From: a virus
Taxonomy: Duplodnaviria; Caudoviricetes
Reading direction: 5' to 3' (one strand)
Length of the DNA: 41,978 nucleotides
Virus record (IMG/VR): IMGVR_UViG_3300032234_000004
Span: 1-41,978 of that record
Position 1 is the first letter of the stretch, and each line of letters opens with the position of its first letter. Below the pieces are notes generated by a model. That model made no database searches and was not told the origin of the DNA. It worked only from the letters and a program-made list of their open reading frames with translations. The position numbers and the translations under genes were made by a program. Shown piece after piece: positions 24,508 through 34,900 of the stretch.

Positions 24508-26694
24508 GTGCCCTTACAGAAACTACAATTCCGCCCCGGTGTAAACCGCGAAGGCACTACGCTTGCCAATGAAGGTGGTTGGTACGACTGCGACAAGGTG
24601 CGGTTTCGTTCGGGCTTCCCTGAAAAGATAGGCGGATGGGCGGTTGAAACTTACACTACATTCCTCGGTTATTGCCGCTCACTGTGGAACTGGGTAACGC
24701 TCAAAGGTTTTAATCTGATGGGTGTTGGCACGAATGCAAAGTTTTATGTTGAGAACGGTGGCGTGTACTACGACATCACACCTATTCGTGTGACTAACTT
24801 AAATTCAACTACTTTTGCAGCGGTTACTGTTTCGCCTTTTTCTCCGTTCATTACCGTTACCGACGCTAGTGCATCCAGCTTGCAGGCTGGTGACTTTGTC
24901 ACATTTTCAAACTCGGCAAGTCTTGGCGGGAATATAACTAACACTATTCTTGACCAAGAGTATCAAATACAGTCCGTCACATCTGGGACGGTATATACGA
25001 TTGTGGCACGTGCGGCGGGCACTTCTGTTGCTGGGCTTAACTTCACGGTAAACACAACAACGTCCCGGATCACACTGCCAGTCGGTACCACGATGGCTAA
25101 CGGCAATACCGTCGCGCTGGTAATTGGTGGAGGCGCTGGTGCGCCGGGTGGTTTGAACTATGCGGTCACGTATTACTTGGTGAATGTTACTGGTAATACT
25201 TGCCAACTGTCGCTAACAAGTGGCGGCGCACCAATTACGTTAACTAGCGAAGGCACCGGACTTCAGGCGCTTTACTTTACCGTTTTCTCCAACGCTTCGG
25301 ATTCAAATAATGGGGGCTCGGCGACTGACACTGCGTATCAGATCAATACAGGCTTCCCCGTTTTTACCATTGGCACTGGCTGGGGTACAGGATCGTGGTC
25401 GCGTGGTACGTGGGGTTCGTCGTTTAGTACCGGATTTGGTTTGCAGCTCCGTCTTTGGAGCCAAGCTAACTTTGGGGAAGACCTACTATTTAGTCCACGT
25501 GGTGGCGCTTTATATTATTGGGCACCGGGTTCAGGTTCAACTCCTGCTTACGGCACCCGTGGCACGCTAGTCTCTGGCACGTATGTTCCTAGCAAAATCA
25601 ACGAGATCATGGTATCGGATCAGTCACGTATTGTGATCGCGTTTGGCTGTGATGAGGCAGGAACCTATGGCACAACGGCTTTTGATCCGATGCTTATTCG
25701 TTGGACAGCGCAAGAAAGCTACACTGACTGGGACCCAACTGATATTACTACGACCGCTGGGTTTCAGCGTTTATCTCATGGCTCACAAATTATTGGGGCA
25801 TTGCAAACGCGTCAGGAAATTAATATTTGGACAGATGCAGCCATCTATTCCATGCAATTTATTGGATCACCGTTAGTTTGGCAAATTACTCTACTAGCTG
25901 ACAACATCTCAATTACTTCGCAAAATGCTATGGCAACCGCTTCAGGCGTTGTGTACTGGATGGGCGTCGATAAGTTTTACATCTACTCTGGTCGAGTTGA
26001 GACGCTGCCATGCTCGGTGCGTACGTATATCTTTAACGACATCAACCGACAACAGTTTTCCCAAATTCAGGCGGGCACGAACGAAGGATATTCAGAGGTC
26101 TGGTGGTTCTACTGTTCTGCTAACTCTAATGAGATAGACCGCTACGTCATCTTTAATTACCTTGACCGTGTTTGGTATTACGGTTCAATAGACCGCACGG
26201 CGTGGCTTGACTCTCCGCTGCGTCAGTTCCCTGTCGCAACGACAGGTAAGAACCTTATGGTCTACCACGAGGCAGCGATTGACGATGGCTCAACTAACCC
26301 ACCAAGCCCTATTAATGCGTATGTGCAGTCATCTGACTTTGATATTGATGATGGGCATAACTATGGGTTTGTGTGGCGAATCATCCCCGACATTACCTTT
26401 GATGGTTCTAGTACTGGAGGCTCTACAACGGTAAACCCAGCAGTTCAGTTTACGGTACGCCCTCGACAGAATCCGGGGTCAGGGTATGGCGTATCTCCGT
26501 CACCGACGGTAAGTTCAGTGGCACCAAATACATATGCAGGTCAAACTACTTACACAGTGCAGCGGTTTACTGAGATTGTGTATAGCCGCATCCGTGGACG
26601 GCAGATGGCGTTCAAGGTTAGTTCAGATACGCTTGGCACACAGTGGCAACTAGGCGTACCCCGTATCGATGTTCGACCAGACGGACGGCAATAA
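24508..26694 (+). CDS. Tail hub / DNA stabilization protein (P22 gp10 / tail tubular protein B-like)
   Basis: 728 aa, beta-propeller-like, with VYWMG, EVWWFY and RIRGRQMAFKV. Positioned before the ejection genes. Confidence 0.65.
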   Translation: MPLQKLQFRPGVNREGTTLANEGGWYDCDKVRFRSGFPEKIGGWAVETYTTFLGYCRSLWNWVTLKGFNLMGVGTNAKFYVENGGVYYDITPIRVTNLNSTTFAAVTVSPFSPFITVTDASASSLQAGDFVTFSNSASLGGNITNTILDQEYQIQSVTSGTVYTIVARAAGTSVAGLNFTVNTTTSRITLPVGTTMANGNTVALVIGGGAGAPGGLNYAVTYYLVNVTGNTCQLSLTSGGAPITLTSEGTGLQALYFTVFSNASDSNNGGSATDTAYQINTGFPVFTIGTGWGTGSWSRGTWGSSFSTGFGLQLRLWSQANFGEDLLFSPRGGALYYWAPGSGSTPAYGTRGTLVSGTYVPSKINEIMVSDQSRIVIAFGCDEAGTYGTTAFDPMLIRWTAQESYTDWDPTDITTTAGFQRLSHGSQIIGALQTRQEINIWTDAAIYSMQFIGSPLVWQITLLADNISITSQNAMATASGVVYWMGVDKFYIYSGRVETLPCSVRTYIFNDINRQQFSQIQAGTNEGYSEVWWFYCSANSNEIDRYVIFNYLDRVWYYGSIDRTAWLDSPLRQFPVATTGKNLMVYHEAAIDDGSTNPPSPINAYVQSSDFDIDDGHNYGFVWRIIPDITFDGSSTGGSTTVNPAVQFTVRPRQNPGSGYGVSPSPTVSSVAPNTYAGQTTYTVQRFTEIVYSRIRGRQMAFKVSSDTLGTQWQLGVPRIDVRPDGRQ

Positions 26695-27015
26695 ATGACA
26701 ACACGCCTAAAAACCGTAGCATTTACCAGAACGCCGTTACTGCCGTTTGCGCCGGTTGAATACGACCGTTCGTACCACGACACCCTCAACAACATCCTTC
26801 GCCAGTATTTCGCCACGATTGACAACTTAGCCAGACAGTTTTGTTTGAGTGGTGTTTTCACAGTAGCAACATTGCCCGGAGCGGCGGCTCTTGGTGCGGG
26901 GGCTAGAGCGTTTGTTATCGACTCGTCTGTGACCACTTTTGGCTCTACAGTAGCGGGCGGGGGCACTACAGGAGTGCCTGTCTATTCAGACGGTACAGAT
27001 TGGAAGGTGGGGTGA
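26695..27015 (+). CDS. Small tail protein (needle/plug position)
   Basis: N-terminal helix (LNNILRQYFATID) and a small C-terminal beta domain ending PVYSDGTDWKVG. Confidence 0.55.
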   Translation: MTTRLKTVAFTRTPLLPFAPVEYDRSYHDTLNNILRQYFATIDNLARQFCLSGVFTVATLPGAAALGAGARAFVIDSSVTTFGSTVAGGGTTGVPVYSDGTDWKVG

Positions 27016-27320
27016 TGAGCCCTCGCAGAACTCTTTATCAAGATGCAGAGGTGACTTTCCTCTGTGATTACATATTTGAACTAGAGCGCGTTGCGCTTCA
27101 CCTGAACATAGAAAAGGGGGCATGGTCGCCCTCTAAGTTCAAACGGTACCGTAGTATTTTTACTAATGTGATTGCGCCAAATCTTAAGGCTGAAGGGTAC
27201 AATGAGGTCTATGCAACGCCTTTAGAACATGATAAGAAGGCGCAAAAACTTATCAAAATGTTTGGTTTGTATAAGTACGGGCAGAACATGGGGCTAGTGC
27301 TTATGAAGAGGGAGATTTAA
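27015..27320 (+). CDS. GNAT-like fold protein (P22 gp14 position)
   Basis: TGATG-coupled ATG at 27015. EVYAT...DKKAQKLIKMFGL resembles the GNAT C-terminal motif. Synteny fits. Confidence 0.45.
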   Translation: MSPRRTLYQDAEVTFLCDYIFELERVALHLNIEKGAWSPSKFKRYRSIFTNVIAPNLKAEGYNEVYATPLEHDKKAQKLIKMFGLYKYGQNMGLVLMKREI

Positions 27321-27322
27321 CC

Positions 27323-29140
27323 ATGCCACAAATCGTTGCTGCCGCTGTTGCTAAGTCTGCTATGGCTGCGCCCGTCGTTACCGCCGCCGCCGCCCCTACT
27401 CTCACCGCTGCCGGAACCACCGCCGCATTAGAACTAGCTAAACAGCAAGCTATTCAAGCCGGTATGCAGCAAGTGGGAGTTCAAGCCGGTAAGACCGCAG
27501 CACTTGAAGCGTCCAAGAAAGGCATTATTGATGCCTCGATGCAGCAAATGGCTCAACAAGGTCTAGCCCAAGCTGGCACACAGGCAGCGCAGCAAACCGG
27601 TGTAGAGGCGATGAAACAGGGTATTTTCTCTGCTAAACCTGCCGGTTTGCCACCGACCGCCGGTGGGCCAATTACACCCACTGCCCCCGCTACAACACTT
27701 CCTCCGGCAGGGCAGTCGGCTGGGATTAATCAAGCTAATACGTCTGTCGGCCCGAACACAATCAGTGACGTGCCAATACAAAATGCGCCAATTCAAATTC
27801 AGCCAGTAAAACCCGGCGGTATGACAGTGGAACAGGCGCAAGCGTTAAATGAACAAATAGCGTACCGCCCACCACTCTCGCCATTTAAGTCAAATGTGCC
27901 ATCGGCTCAAGGGCCAGTGCCGGAGTTTATAACACCGGATGTGGGCTTGCCACAAGGTTCCCCCCTGTTGCCGCAGAACAGTACCTTTGCTAGGGCAGCG
28001 GCTGATAAAGGCACATCATTATCACAGCTGACGACAACACCAGTAGACGAGTTGATGGGGGTCAAAGAAACAGCATTTCCATTAGCGCCAAAGAGCGCAC
28101 TTGAGCAAGGTTTTGAGACTGCGCTGCGATACGCAAAAGATAATCCAGATCGAGTGGGTATGGGGCTAATGACCCTTGGGCAGTACATGAACCAGCCCAA
28201 AAAAGAAGACAAAGACAAGTACAAGAATACAGTCGATATGTCTGGTTTTCAGCCAACTATTGCTTCAGTCGAGCCGTTTAAGCCGTCCTATGAGTACCAG
28301 AAGTACGCGGCTGAAGGTGGGCTTATGAAGTACGCCGTGGGCGGGCCAGTTGAAACGATGTCTGCGCAGAACGCTGTAGGCGGCAACATGATGTACCCAC
28401 AAGCTGGACTTCAAACGGCGCTGTATAGCAACCCGATGGTGCAGCGTCCGGAAGCGGTTAACGTCATATCTCCCGGCGAAGGCCCAGCAGTCGGTGCATA
28501 CACGGGGGAACAGAAGTTTGCAGAAGGTGGGCTTTCTGAGGCGCAGCGGCGTGAGTACGGCCTGCAAACCCGTGCCCAAAGAGCTTCCAGAAGTTTGTCT
28601 AAAACTTACGAAGAGATGGAAGCCGAGCGCGAAAAAGAATTAATGAAGTTACTTGGCGAACGCTCAGACCCCGGCATCATTCCTCGTAGTCGTACACAAC
28701 AGTTAAGCAGCCCCTTTTCCGCTGCTATGGCTGAACATGCAAGACTCGCTAAAAAGAACAAAGTACCAGTAACGCCGATGGCAAAAACTAGCCTTGGTGA
28801 TATTGACACCTATATGGACACCCCGATTGAAGCTGCGGGTGGGGGCATCATGTACGGTCTTGGTGGCTATTCCGATGGTGGACGACTCTTAAGGGGGCCG
28901 GGCGATGGAGTTTCGGATTCTATTCCTGCTGTTATTGGCAAGCGCCAGCCTGCTCGTCTTGCTGATGGCGAGTTTGTAATCCCAGCGCGTATTGTCTCTG
29001 AGTTGGGTAACGGTTCGACTGAAGCTGGTGCGAGAAAACTCTACGCCATGATGGAGCGCGTGCAGAATACCCGCAAGAAAAGCATCGGTAAGAAGAAGGT
29101 AGCGGTCAACAGCAAAGCTGACAAACACCTGCCCGCATGA
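27323..29140 (+). CDS. Putative ejection/internal virion protein with GG motifs and a C-terminal GEFV domain
   Basis: A/Q/P-rich. Contains YAVGG, FAEGG, YSDGG and GPGDGVSDSIPA...LADGEFVIPA..VSELGNGS. Confidence 0.65.
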   Translation: MPQIVAAAVAKSAMAAPVVTAAAAPTLTAAGTTAALELAKQQAIQAGMQQVGVQAGKTAALEASKKGIIDASMQQMAQQGLAQAGTQAAQQTGVEAMKQGIFSAKPAGLPPTAGGPITPTAPATTLPPAGQSAGINQANTSVGPNTISDVPIQNAPIQIQPVKPGGMTVEQAQALNEQIAYRPPLSPFKSNVPSAQGPVPEFITPDVGLPQGSPLLPQNSTFARAAADKGTSLSQLTTTPVDELMGVKETAFPLAPKSALEQGFETALRYAKDNPDRVGMGLMTLGQYMNQPKKEDKDKYKNTVDMSGFQPTIASVEPFKPSYEYQKYAAEGGLMKYAVGGPVETMSAQNAVGGNMMYPQAGLQTALYSNPMVQRPEAVNVISPGEGPAVGAYTGEQKFAEGGLSEAQRREYGLQTRAQRASRSLSKTYEEMEAEREKELMKLLGERSDPGIIPRSRTQQLSSPFSAAMAEHARLAKKNKVPVTPMAKTSLGDIDTYMDTPIEAAGGGIMYGLGGYSDGGRLLRGPGDGVSDSIPAVIGKRQPARLADGEFVIPARIVSELGNGSTEAGARKLYAMMERVQNTRKKSIGKKKVAVNSKADKHLPA

Positions 29141-29583
29141 ATAATTACGGGAAACTAGAATGGTTCGGTGGCAACACCGACGCGCTACAGATGTACCGTA
29201 TGCTGGTTGACCTTGCGCACTTGTGGGACGACTTGGTTGATAAAGACAAGGACGTGACTGAGTTAGATATAAACAACTCTTTCCTTATCTGCCTTGTTTA
29301 CTTACCGCTGAACCCTTTTTACCAGCAGATACAGCGCGATGTAATGCCGATGTGGATAACCGTGGTGTCCTCGTACCAGACTGCGAATAAGTTTGAGCGC
29401 GAGAAAGATGAACGTGGGTTAGAGGCAGCGCACATGCTTAGGTATGCCGCTGGAAATATCTTAGCCTATGCAATACATGTATGTGTTGGGCCAGAAAAAG
29501 CCGCAGAGTACGTACCGGAAATGTGGAAAGACGTTGTTAATGAACGCTTTGCGGAGTACCGCGAGGAGCACTTGAATGCTTAA
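29137..29583 (+). CDS. All-helical DDxxD protein (isoprenoid synthase/prenyltransferase-like)
   Basis: HLWDDLVDKD at the end of a predicted helix. ATGA-coupled to the upstream gene. Confidence 0.55.
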   Translation: MNNYGKLEWFGGNTDALQMYRMLVDLAHLWDDLVDKDKDVTELDINNSFLICLVYLPLNPFYQQIQRDVMPMWITVVSSYQTANKFEREKDERGLEAAHMLRYAAGNILAYAIHVCVGPEKAAEYVPEMWKDVVNERFAEYREEHLNA

Positions 29584-31891
29584 TTTTTTAAAGTTTATCT
29601 TCAACCCCGACCTGTTTACGTTCTACTTCGGCGGCGGTGGCCCGACTACAACTAAGTCTGAAACCTCGAACATCCCTGACTACGCTCGTCCGTACGTTGA
29701 GCGGATGATGGGGTCTACAGAAAAACAAATCTATAACTATGGCGATAAGGGGCAGATAACTGGTTTCCAGCCGTTCACGTCGTACTCCGAGTTTGACAAA
29801 GCGCGTGGTGGCCCCGGTGAGACTGTAGCGGGATTCACCCCAATGCAAGCGCGGGCTATGCAGGGTATCGGTAACTACCAACTGCCGGGGCAAACAGGTG
29901 CAGCTACTGGGTTTACTGGTGCGGGCATTTTAGGCTCTATGGGGGCCGGTGCCGATTATGCGCGTCAGGCCACAGACCCATACGCCATGCAGTCATACAT
30001 GTCGCCGTACATGCAAAACGCGTTGCAGCCACAGATGCGCGAAGCCGCACGACAGTCGGCGATTGAAGGGCAAAGACAGCAAGCTCAAGCAGTTCAGGCC
30101 GGTGCGTTTGGCGGCTCACGTCACGGGTTAGTAGAAGCAGAACGTCAGCGTAACCTCGCCCAACAGCAAGCAGACATCTACGGCAAAGGGATGCAGACCG
30201 CGTTCGAGCAAGCGCGTCAAGCTCAGCAGTTTGGTTCCACTCTGGGGCTTCAGGGCTACAGTCAGGCGTTGCAAGGCGCTGGACAACTCGGTGCGCTAGG
30301 AGAACAACAGTACAAGCAGGAGCTAGGCTTACTTGGTCAGCAGATGGGGGTTGGCGAGAAACAGCAGCAGTATGAGCAGAACCGCCTGAACCAGCTCATC
30401 CAAGACTACGCTACCAAGCAGCAGTATCCGTTCATTCAGTTGGGCACGCTGTCCAACATGCTGCGTGGCTTGCCGATGCAAGCGTCAACTACTCAGTTGT
30501 ATCAGGCGCAGCCGTCGTTCTTGCAGCAAGGTATTGGTCTGGCTGGTGCTGGTGCGAACCTCATGCAAGCTATGAAGGCCGAGGGCGGCGCTATTAAAGA
30601 GATGGCGAGCGGTGGTATTGCTTCCGGCGTTGACCCATACAAGCTGCCGGGCATGATGAAGAAGTTGTCTGACGATCAGCTTAAAGACAAGATGAGCGGG
30701 GACACCGATCCTGAGACTATGGGCATCGCCCAAGCTGAGAAGAAGCGTCGTGACCAAGTGCGTGGTATGGCGGGCGGCGGTGCCGTGGCGTTTAAAGAAG
30801 GGGATAGGGTAAAAGAATTCGTAAAAAATCCGATGCAGGGTACGGAAGAAGAGCCAAAGAAAGAAGCCCCACCGGTTGCTGCACGCCCGAAAGCCGCTGC
30901 GCCTAAACCTGTAGCAGAAACCAGCCCGTATCAGGCTGAATTTAAACGTGTAGCCGCTACGCCAAATGAAGGTCTCACCGCATTGAGAACTCTGCGGGAT
31001 AGCTATAAAACAGAAGCGGACGTAGGTATAGAAGGTCAGATGGAGCGTCGTCAGAAACTCTACGACAAGTATGGCGTCGATCCTATGGCTATGTATCAGA
31101 ACGAAAAGGCGGAGCAACAGAGAGCGTTAGAAGAAGCGAATGGCGACGCTAAGAAAGCTGAGCATCTACGCTGGGCACAGATGTTTGCTAAGTTCGGCTC
31201 AACCCCCGGCCCCGTGCTGAAGGCTGCACTTACTGCGATTAACGACACAGTGCCTGATCTGTTGGATGACCAGACCCGTGCTCGGGCGCTTCAGAGAAGC
31301 ATCAAAAAGTCTATATATGAGCTAGACAAAGCTGAGCTTCTGGAGAAGAAAGGCAAAATTGATGAAGCAACTAAGCTTGATCAAGACGCTAAGGCTAAAC
31401 TTGCTTCCGCGTCTTTAGAGTTTGCTAAGTTGCAAGCCAACGAGCAAGAAACAAAATTGAGGGTGTCGGGTCAAATGGCAGCGACTGAGCTTGGTGGCGA
31501 GAAAGATATTAAAGTCGCTAAGATTCGTGAAGGCGCTGAAATGCTACGCGCTAAACAAGCGGAAAATAAAGCTGATAGAGAAGCAGCAAAACAGGCCGAT
31601 CAGCGAAAGAGGAACGCGCTTGTCTACATTCAGAACGAAACAAAAGATATCACTAAGGAAATTAACGACGCAACGGCGAATATAGCGACAATAAAAGACC
31701 CTGAGGGTAAAAAAATATTTGAAAACAAACTCAAGGCGCTTAAAGAAACTAAAAATCGTGTCGCCGCACAAGCTGCTGCTTTGTATGACGTGGACTTGAA
31801 TGCGATCATAGATGGGGCTGATAAGACTGCTCCGTCTGGTGCCGCAGAGTTTAACTATGTGCCCGGCAAAGGACTAACGCCTGTTAAGTAA
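29576..31891 (+). CDS. Putative ejection (DNA transfer) protein
   Basis: Hydrophobic leader then GGGG. Q/G-rich region with QAGAFGGSR, central GG motifs and a C-terminal coiled coil. Confidence 0.65.
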   Translation: MLNFLKFIFNPDLFTFYFGGGGPTTTKSETSNIPDYARPYVERMMGSTEKQIYNYGDKGQITGFQPFTSYSEFDKARGGPGETVAGFTPMQARAMQGIGNYQLPGQTGAATGFTGAGILGSMGAGADYARQATDPYAMQSYMSPYMQNALQPQMREAARQSAIEGQRQQAQAVQAGAFGGSRHGLVEAERQRNLAQQQADIYGKGMQTAFEQARQAQQFGSTLGLQGYSQALQGAGQLGALGEQQYKQELGLLGQQMGVGEKQQQYEQNRLNQLIQDYATKQQYPFIQLGTLSNMLRGLPMQASTTQLYQAQPSFLQQGIGLAGAGANLMQAMKAEGGAIKEMASGGIASGVDPYKLPGMMKKLSDDQLKDKMSGDTDPETMGIAQAEKKRRDQVRGMAGGGAVAFKEGDRVKEFVKNPMQGTEEEPKKEAPPVAARPKAAAPKPVAETSPYQAEFKRVAATPNEGLTALRTLRDSYKTEADVGIEGQMERRQKLYDKYGVDPMAMYQNEKAEQQRALEEANGDAKKAEHLRWAQMFAKFGSTPGPVLKAALTAINDTVPDLLDDQTRARALQRSIKKSIYELDKAELLEKKGKIDEATKLDQDAKAKLASASLEFAKLQANEQETKLRVSGQMAATELGGEKDIKVAKIREGAEMLRAKQAENKADREAAKQADQRKRNALVYIQNETKDITKEINDATANIATIKDPEGKKIFENKLKALKETKNRVAAQAAALYDVDLNAIIDGADKTAPSGAAEFNYVPGKGLTPVK

Positions 31892-31900
31892 GAGATAACC

Positions 31901-34900
31901 ATGCCAAGAGTAAATATTGAGGGCGTAGGTGTAGTTAATTTCCCTAGCGGTATGTCGCCTGAAGATATTACAAAGGCGATAGAACAGGACATACTACCTA
32001 AGGCACGGGGGCCTGAACCTGAACCTAAGTCTGAACCTGAAACAGGGTTTATAGCTGGCGCTAAAGCGGGCTTTCAAAGGTTACTTGGCGACATTGAGGC
32101 GCTTAAAGCCGCTAATGATATAGAAGGCGCTGAGCAAAAAGCAAAAGAGTATCGGGAACAAGCTGCAAGAATCTACAAACAGCCTGAACTACTCGAAGCG
32201 CCTTGGGAATACCTTAAGGGTCTAGCCGGTCAGTCTGCCGCTTATATGGTTGCGCCTGTTGCAGCGGGCGCTGCCGCAGCTTTTGGTGCTCCTGCTTTAG
32301 GGCTTGGCGCTCTTGGCACCTCTATCGCCGCAACTGGAGCTACGTTTGCTACGTCGGCGCTACAGTTCTCCGGGTCTAACCTGACGCGTCAATTAGAAGA
32401 GAACGTCTCCGCCAAAGACCTGAAGGTCTTGAATGCGGTAGCTGCGTCCGTGCCACAAGCCGCGCTCGACACGTTGAGTCTTCGTATGGTGCCGGGACTT
32501 CGCGGCATCTTTGCCAAAGCGGGCGTTGAATTAGGTGAAAAGGAAGCGGCGCAAATCGCCAAGGAGAGCATAGTCATCAACATGGCTAAGTCTTCTGGCA
32601 CAGAAGGCGTTACTGAAGCCGCGCAGCAAGTCTTTGAACGCGCTCAAGCAGGACTCAACCTGACAGACGCAGAAGCCCGTAAAGAATACTTCGATAACTT
32701 CATAGGCGGCGCACTGCTTGGCGGTGCTATCTCTGTGCCGGGTACTATCTATGAAAGGGGTAAAGCTCAGGCACAACTAGACGCTAAGGCTCAAGAAGAG
32801 GCAGCTAAGATAAGTCAGACCGCTGTGCCAGACGAAACAGGTACGGTGCCACCACCCGCAGCGCCTTCTGAAATACAAGAAGCCCCACCGCTACCTACGT
32901 TTGAAGCTAGGGCACCGGGGTCTGTCAGTACTGAAACTCCTGACGCTGATATTGATCCAACTATTGCACTAACTGGAGACACTACGCCTCCAGCATTGCC
33001 ACGAGCTAAGAAAGAAAATGAAACGGCGGAAGAAGAGTATCTTCGATACAACGAGATGCTTGCCGCAGGGGTTGATTCAGATGGCAAAGCGTTGCCCGCA
33101 AAACGTATTAAATCTATTGAAGATAAATTAGCTAAACCTAAGTACGATGAGTTTCGTACTACCAAAGAGGAGGTTGCTGATGTCACGCAACTTGCTGGAG
33201 TTGACACAACAGGAGATCAGTCTCGCCCTGCTGGCCCTGCATCAGAATTGGGAGCACCCACCGGAGGAGTTACAACACCTGACGCCGGTGGAATGGTGCC
33301 TGCTGGAGGGGCTGCTGAATCAGCTACTGTTACAACGCCAGCACAGCCAACTACACTAGAAGGAGCGCCAAGTGCTGCTGTAACCACTGAAGCTGCGGAA
33401 AAAAACTTTACTCCTCTTGCTACCGAAACTGGGGCTGAAAAACAAGCCCGAAAACTTGAACAAGCAGAAACGCAGCAACTACTAAGCAAACTAGTAGAGC
33501 GCGGGGTACAGGCGGGAAAAACAGTAGATCAAGTAGTAGCTGACGCTGCGCAGTTGATGAATCAACAGTTGTCTGTGGTCGATGCGGATTTTGTGCGTCA
33601 ACAATACGATGAGTTTACACAAGCAAATAAAGGAGCGCCAAGTGTCGCTGAAACCACTGAAACCGTCGAAACAGAAGCGCAAGGACAAGAACAAGCAGCC
33701 CCCGCTGCCGCAGCCGCACCCGCAAAGCGCGTAATCAAACTCGAAGAAGAGAAAGCCGCCCCAACAGAGACGTTTACGCCAGATCAGGCTGCGTATCTGG
33801 GCATGGAGACTGATACCCGCGCTGCCCCAGCCACATCTATTAAGGAAGGCATGGGTTACGCGTCGGCGGAGACCGCGTTCGACTTCTACGACTCAGCGTA
33901 CAGCAACATAAAGCGGGCGTTAAAGGAGCGCGTCAAACAAGAAAACGACGCAAGAGACGCCGCATACAAGGAAGCTAAGGCACGTGGCGAGAAAGTATCT
34001 AAGCCGGAGAAAGCCACAACGCTCGACATCTTGCAGAAGATGCCTGAAGCTGAACTTGTACGTCTGTTCAATGAAAACGTAAGCGAGAACAAACTTACCG
34101 ATGAGCGCCGCGCGCAAATGCAAGCACGGGACAAGTTCATCAAGAGCCTGTCTAAAGAACAGCAAGAAGCGGTGCGCAAACGCGCCGTTGAATTGTTTCA
34201 CCGCGAAGTAAAGGCTGTCAAGAACATCGGTAGAACAACTACTGAGGCAGACCTGCGCAAGAGCCGCGAGCAAGCTGCAAAAGAAGCGGTAGAAAAACAG
34301 ATCGAAGAGATTGAGAAGCCGACGCGCAAAGCCGCGCCAGCTAAAGAAAAGACTGGCCCGACTCAGATTGAAACGCTTGAGCAGAAAAGAGAAGCTACTA
34401 TACGAAGCGCGCTAGAAAGCGGCGACGTAGGTAGAGTGTTTGCTGCCATAGCCAACGAGCGCATCAATGATTCTATTACGGCTTTCTTTGCCAGAAAGCT
34501 ATACGACGTACTGAAGACCTTTGACGTTCAGCCAACTATAGTCTTAGGCGCGGTAGAAGATGGGCGAGCCGGTAAGTACGACCCGTCAACTGAAACAATC
34601 ACGATTGACATTAACAACCTAGGCAAAGACCGTCTAGACATCGTTGCGCTGCATGAGTTCACCCACTTCATGGCAGACCACGCAATTGACAATCGTAAAA
34701 GCCTGACAAAAGAACAACAAGCTGCAATCAATAGGCTCGACAATCTGTATAGATATGTCAACGCCCAGCTTGGTAAGAAGTTCGACATAGGATCGCTCAA
34801 GGAATTTGTAGCGGAAGCTTTCTCCAACCCTGAATTTCAGAAAGCTTTGGGCAACCTGAAGCCCATGCAAGAGGGCGGCAAACCGCAAAATGTGTTCTCG

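Noticed and set aside
27323-29140. Calling this gene a tape measure protein
   Set aside because: Only the C-terminal motif resembles one. There is no tail tube, sheath or tail chaperone pair, and synteny fits podovirus ejection proteins.
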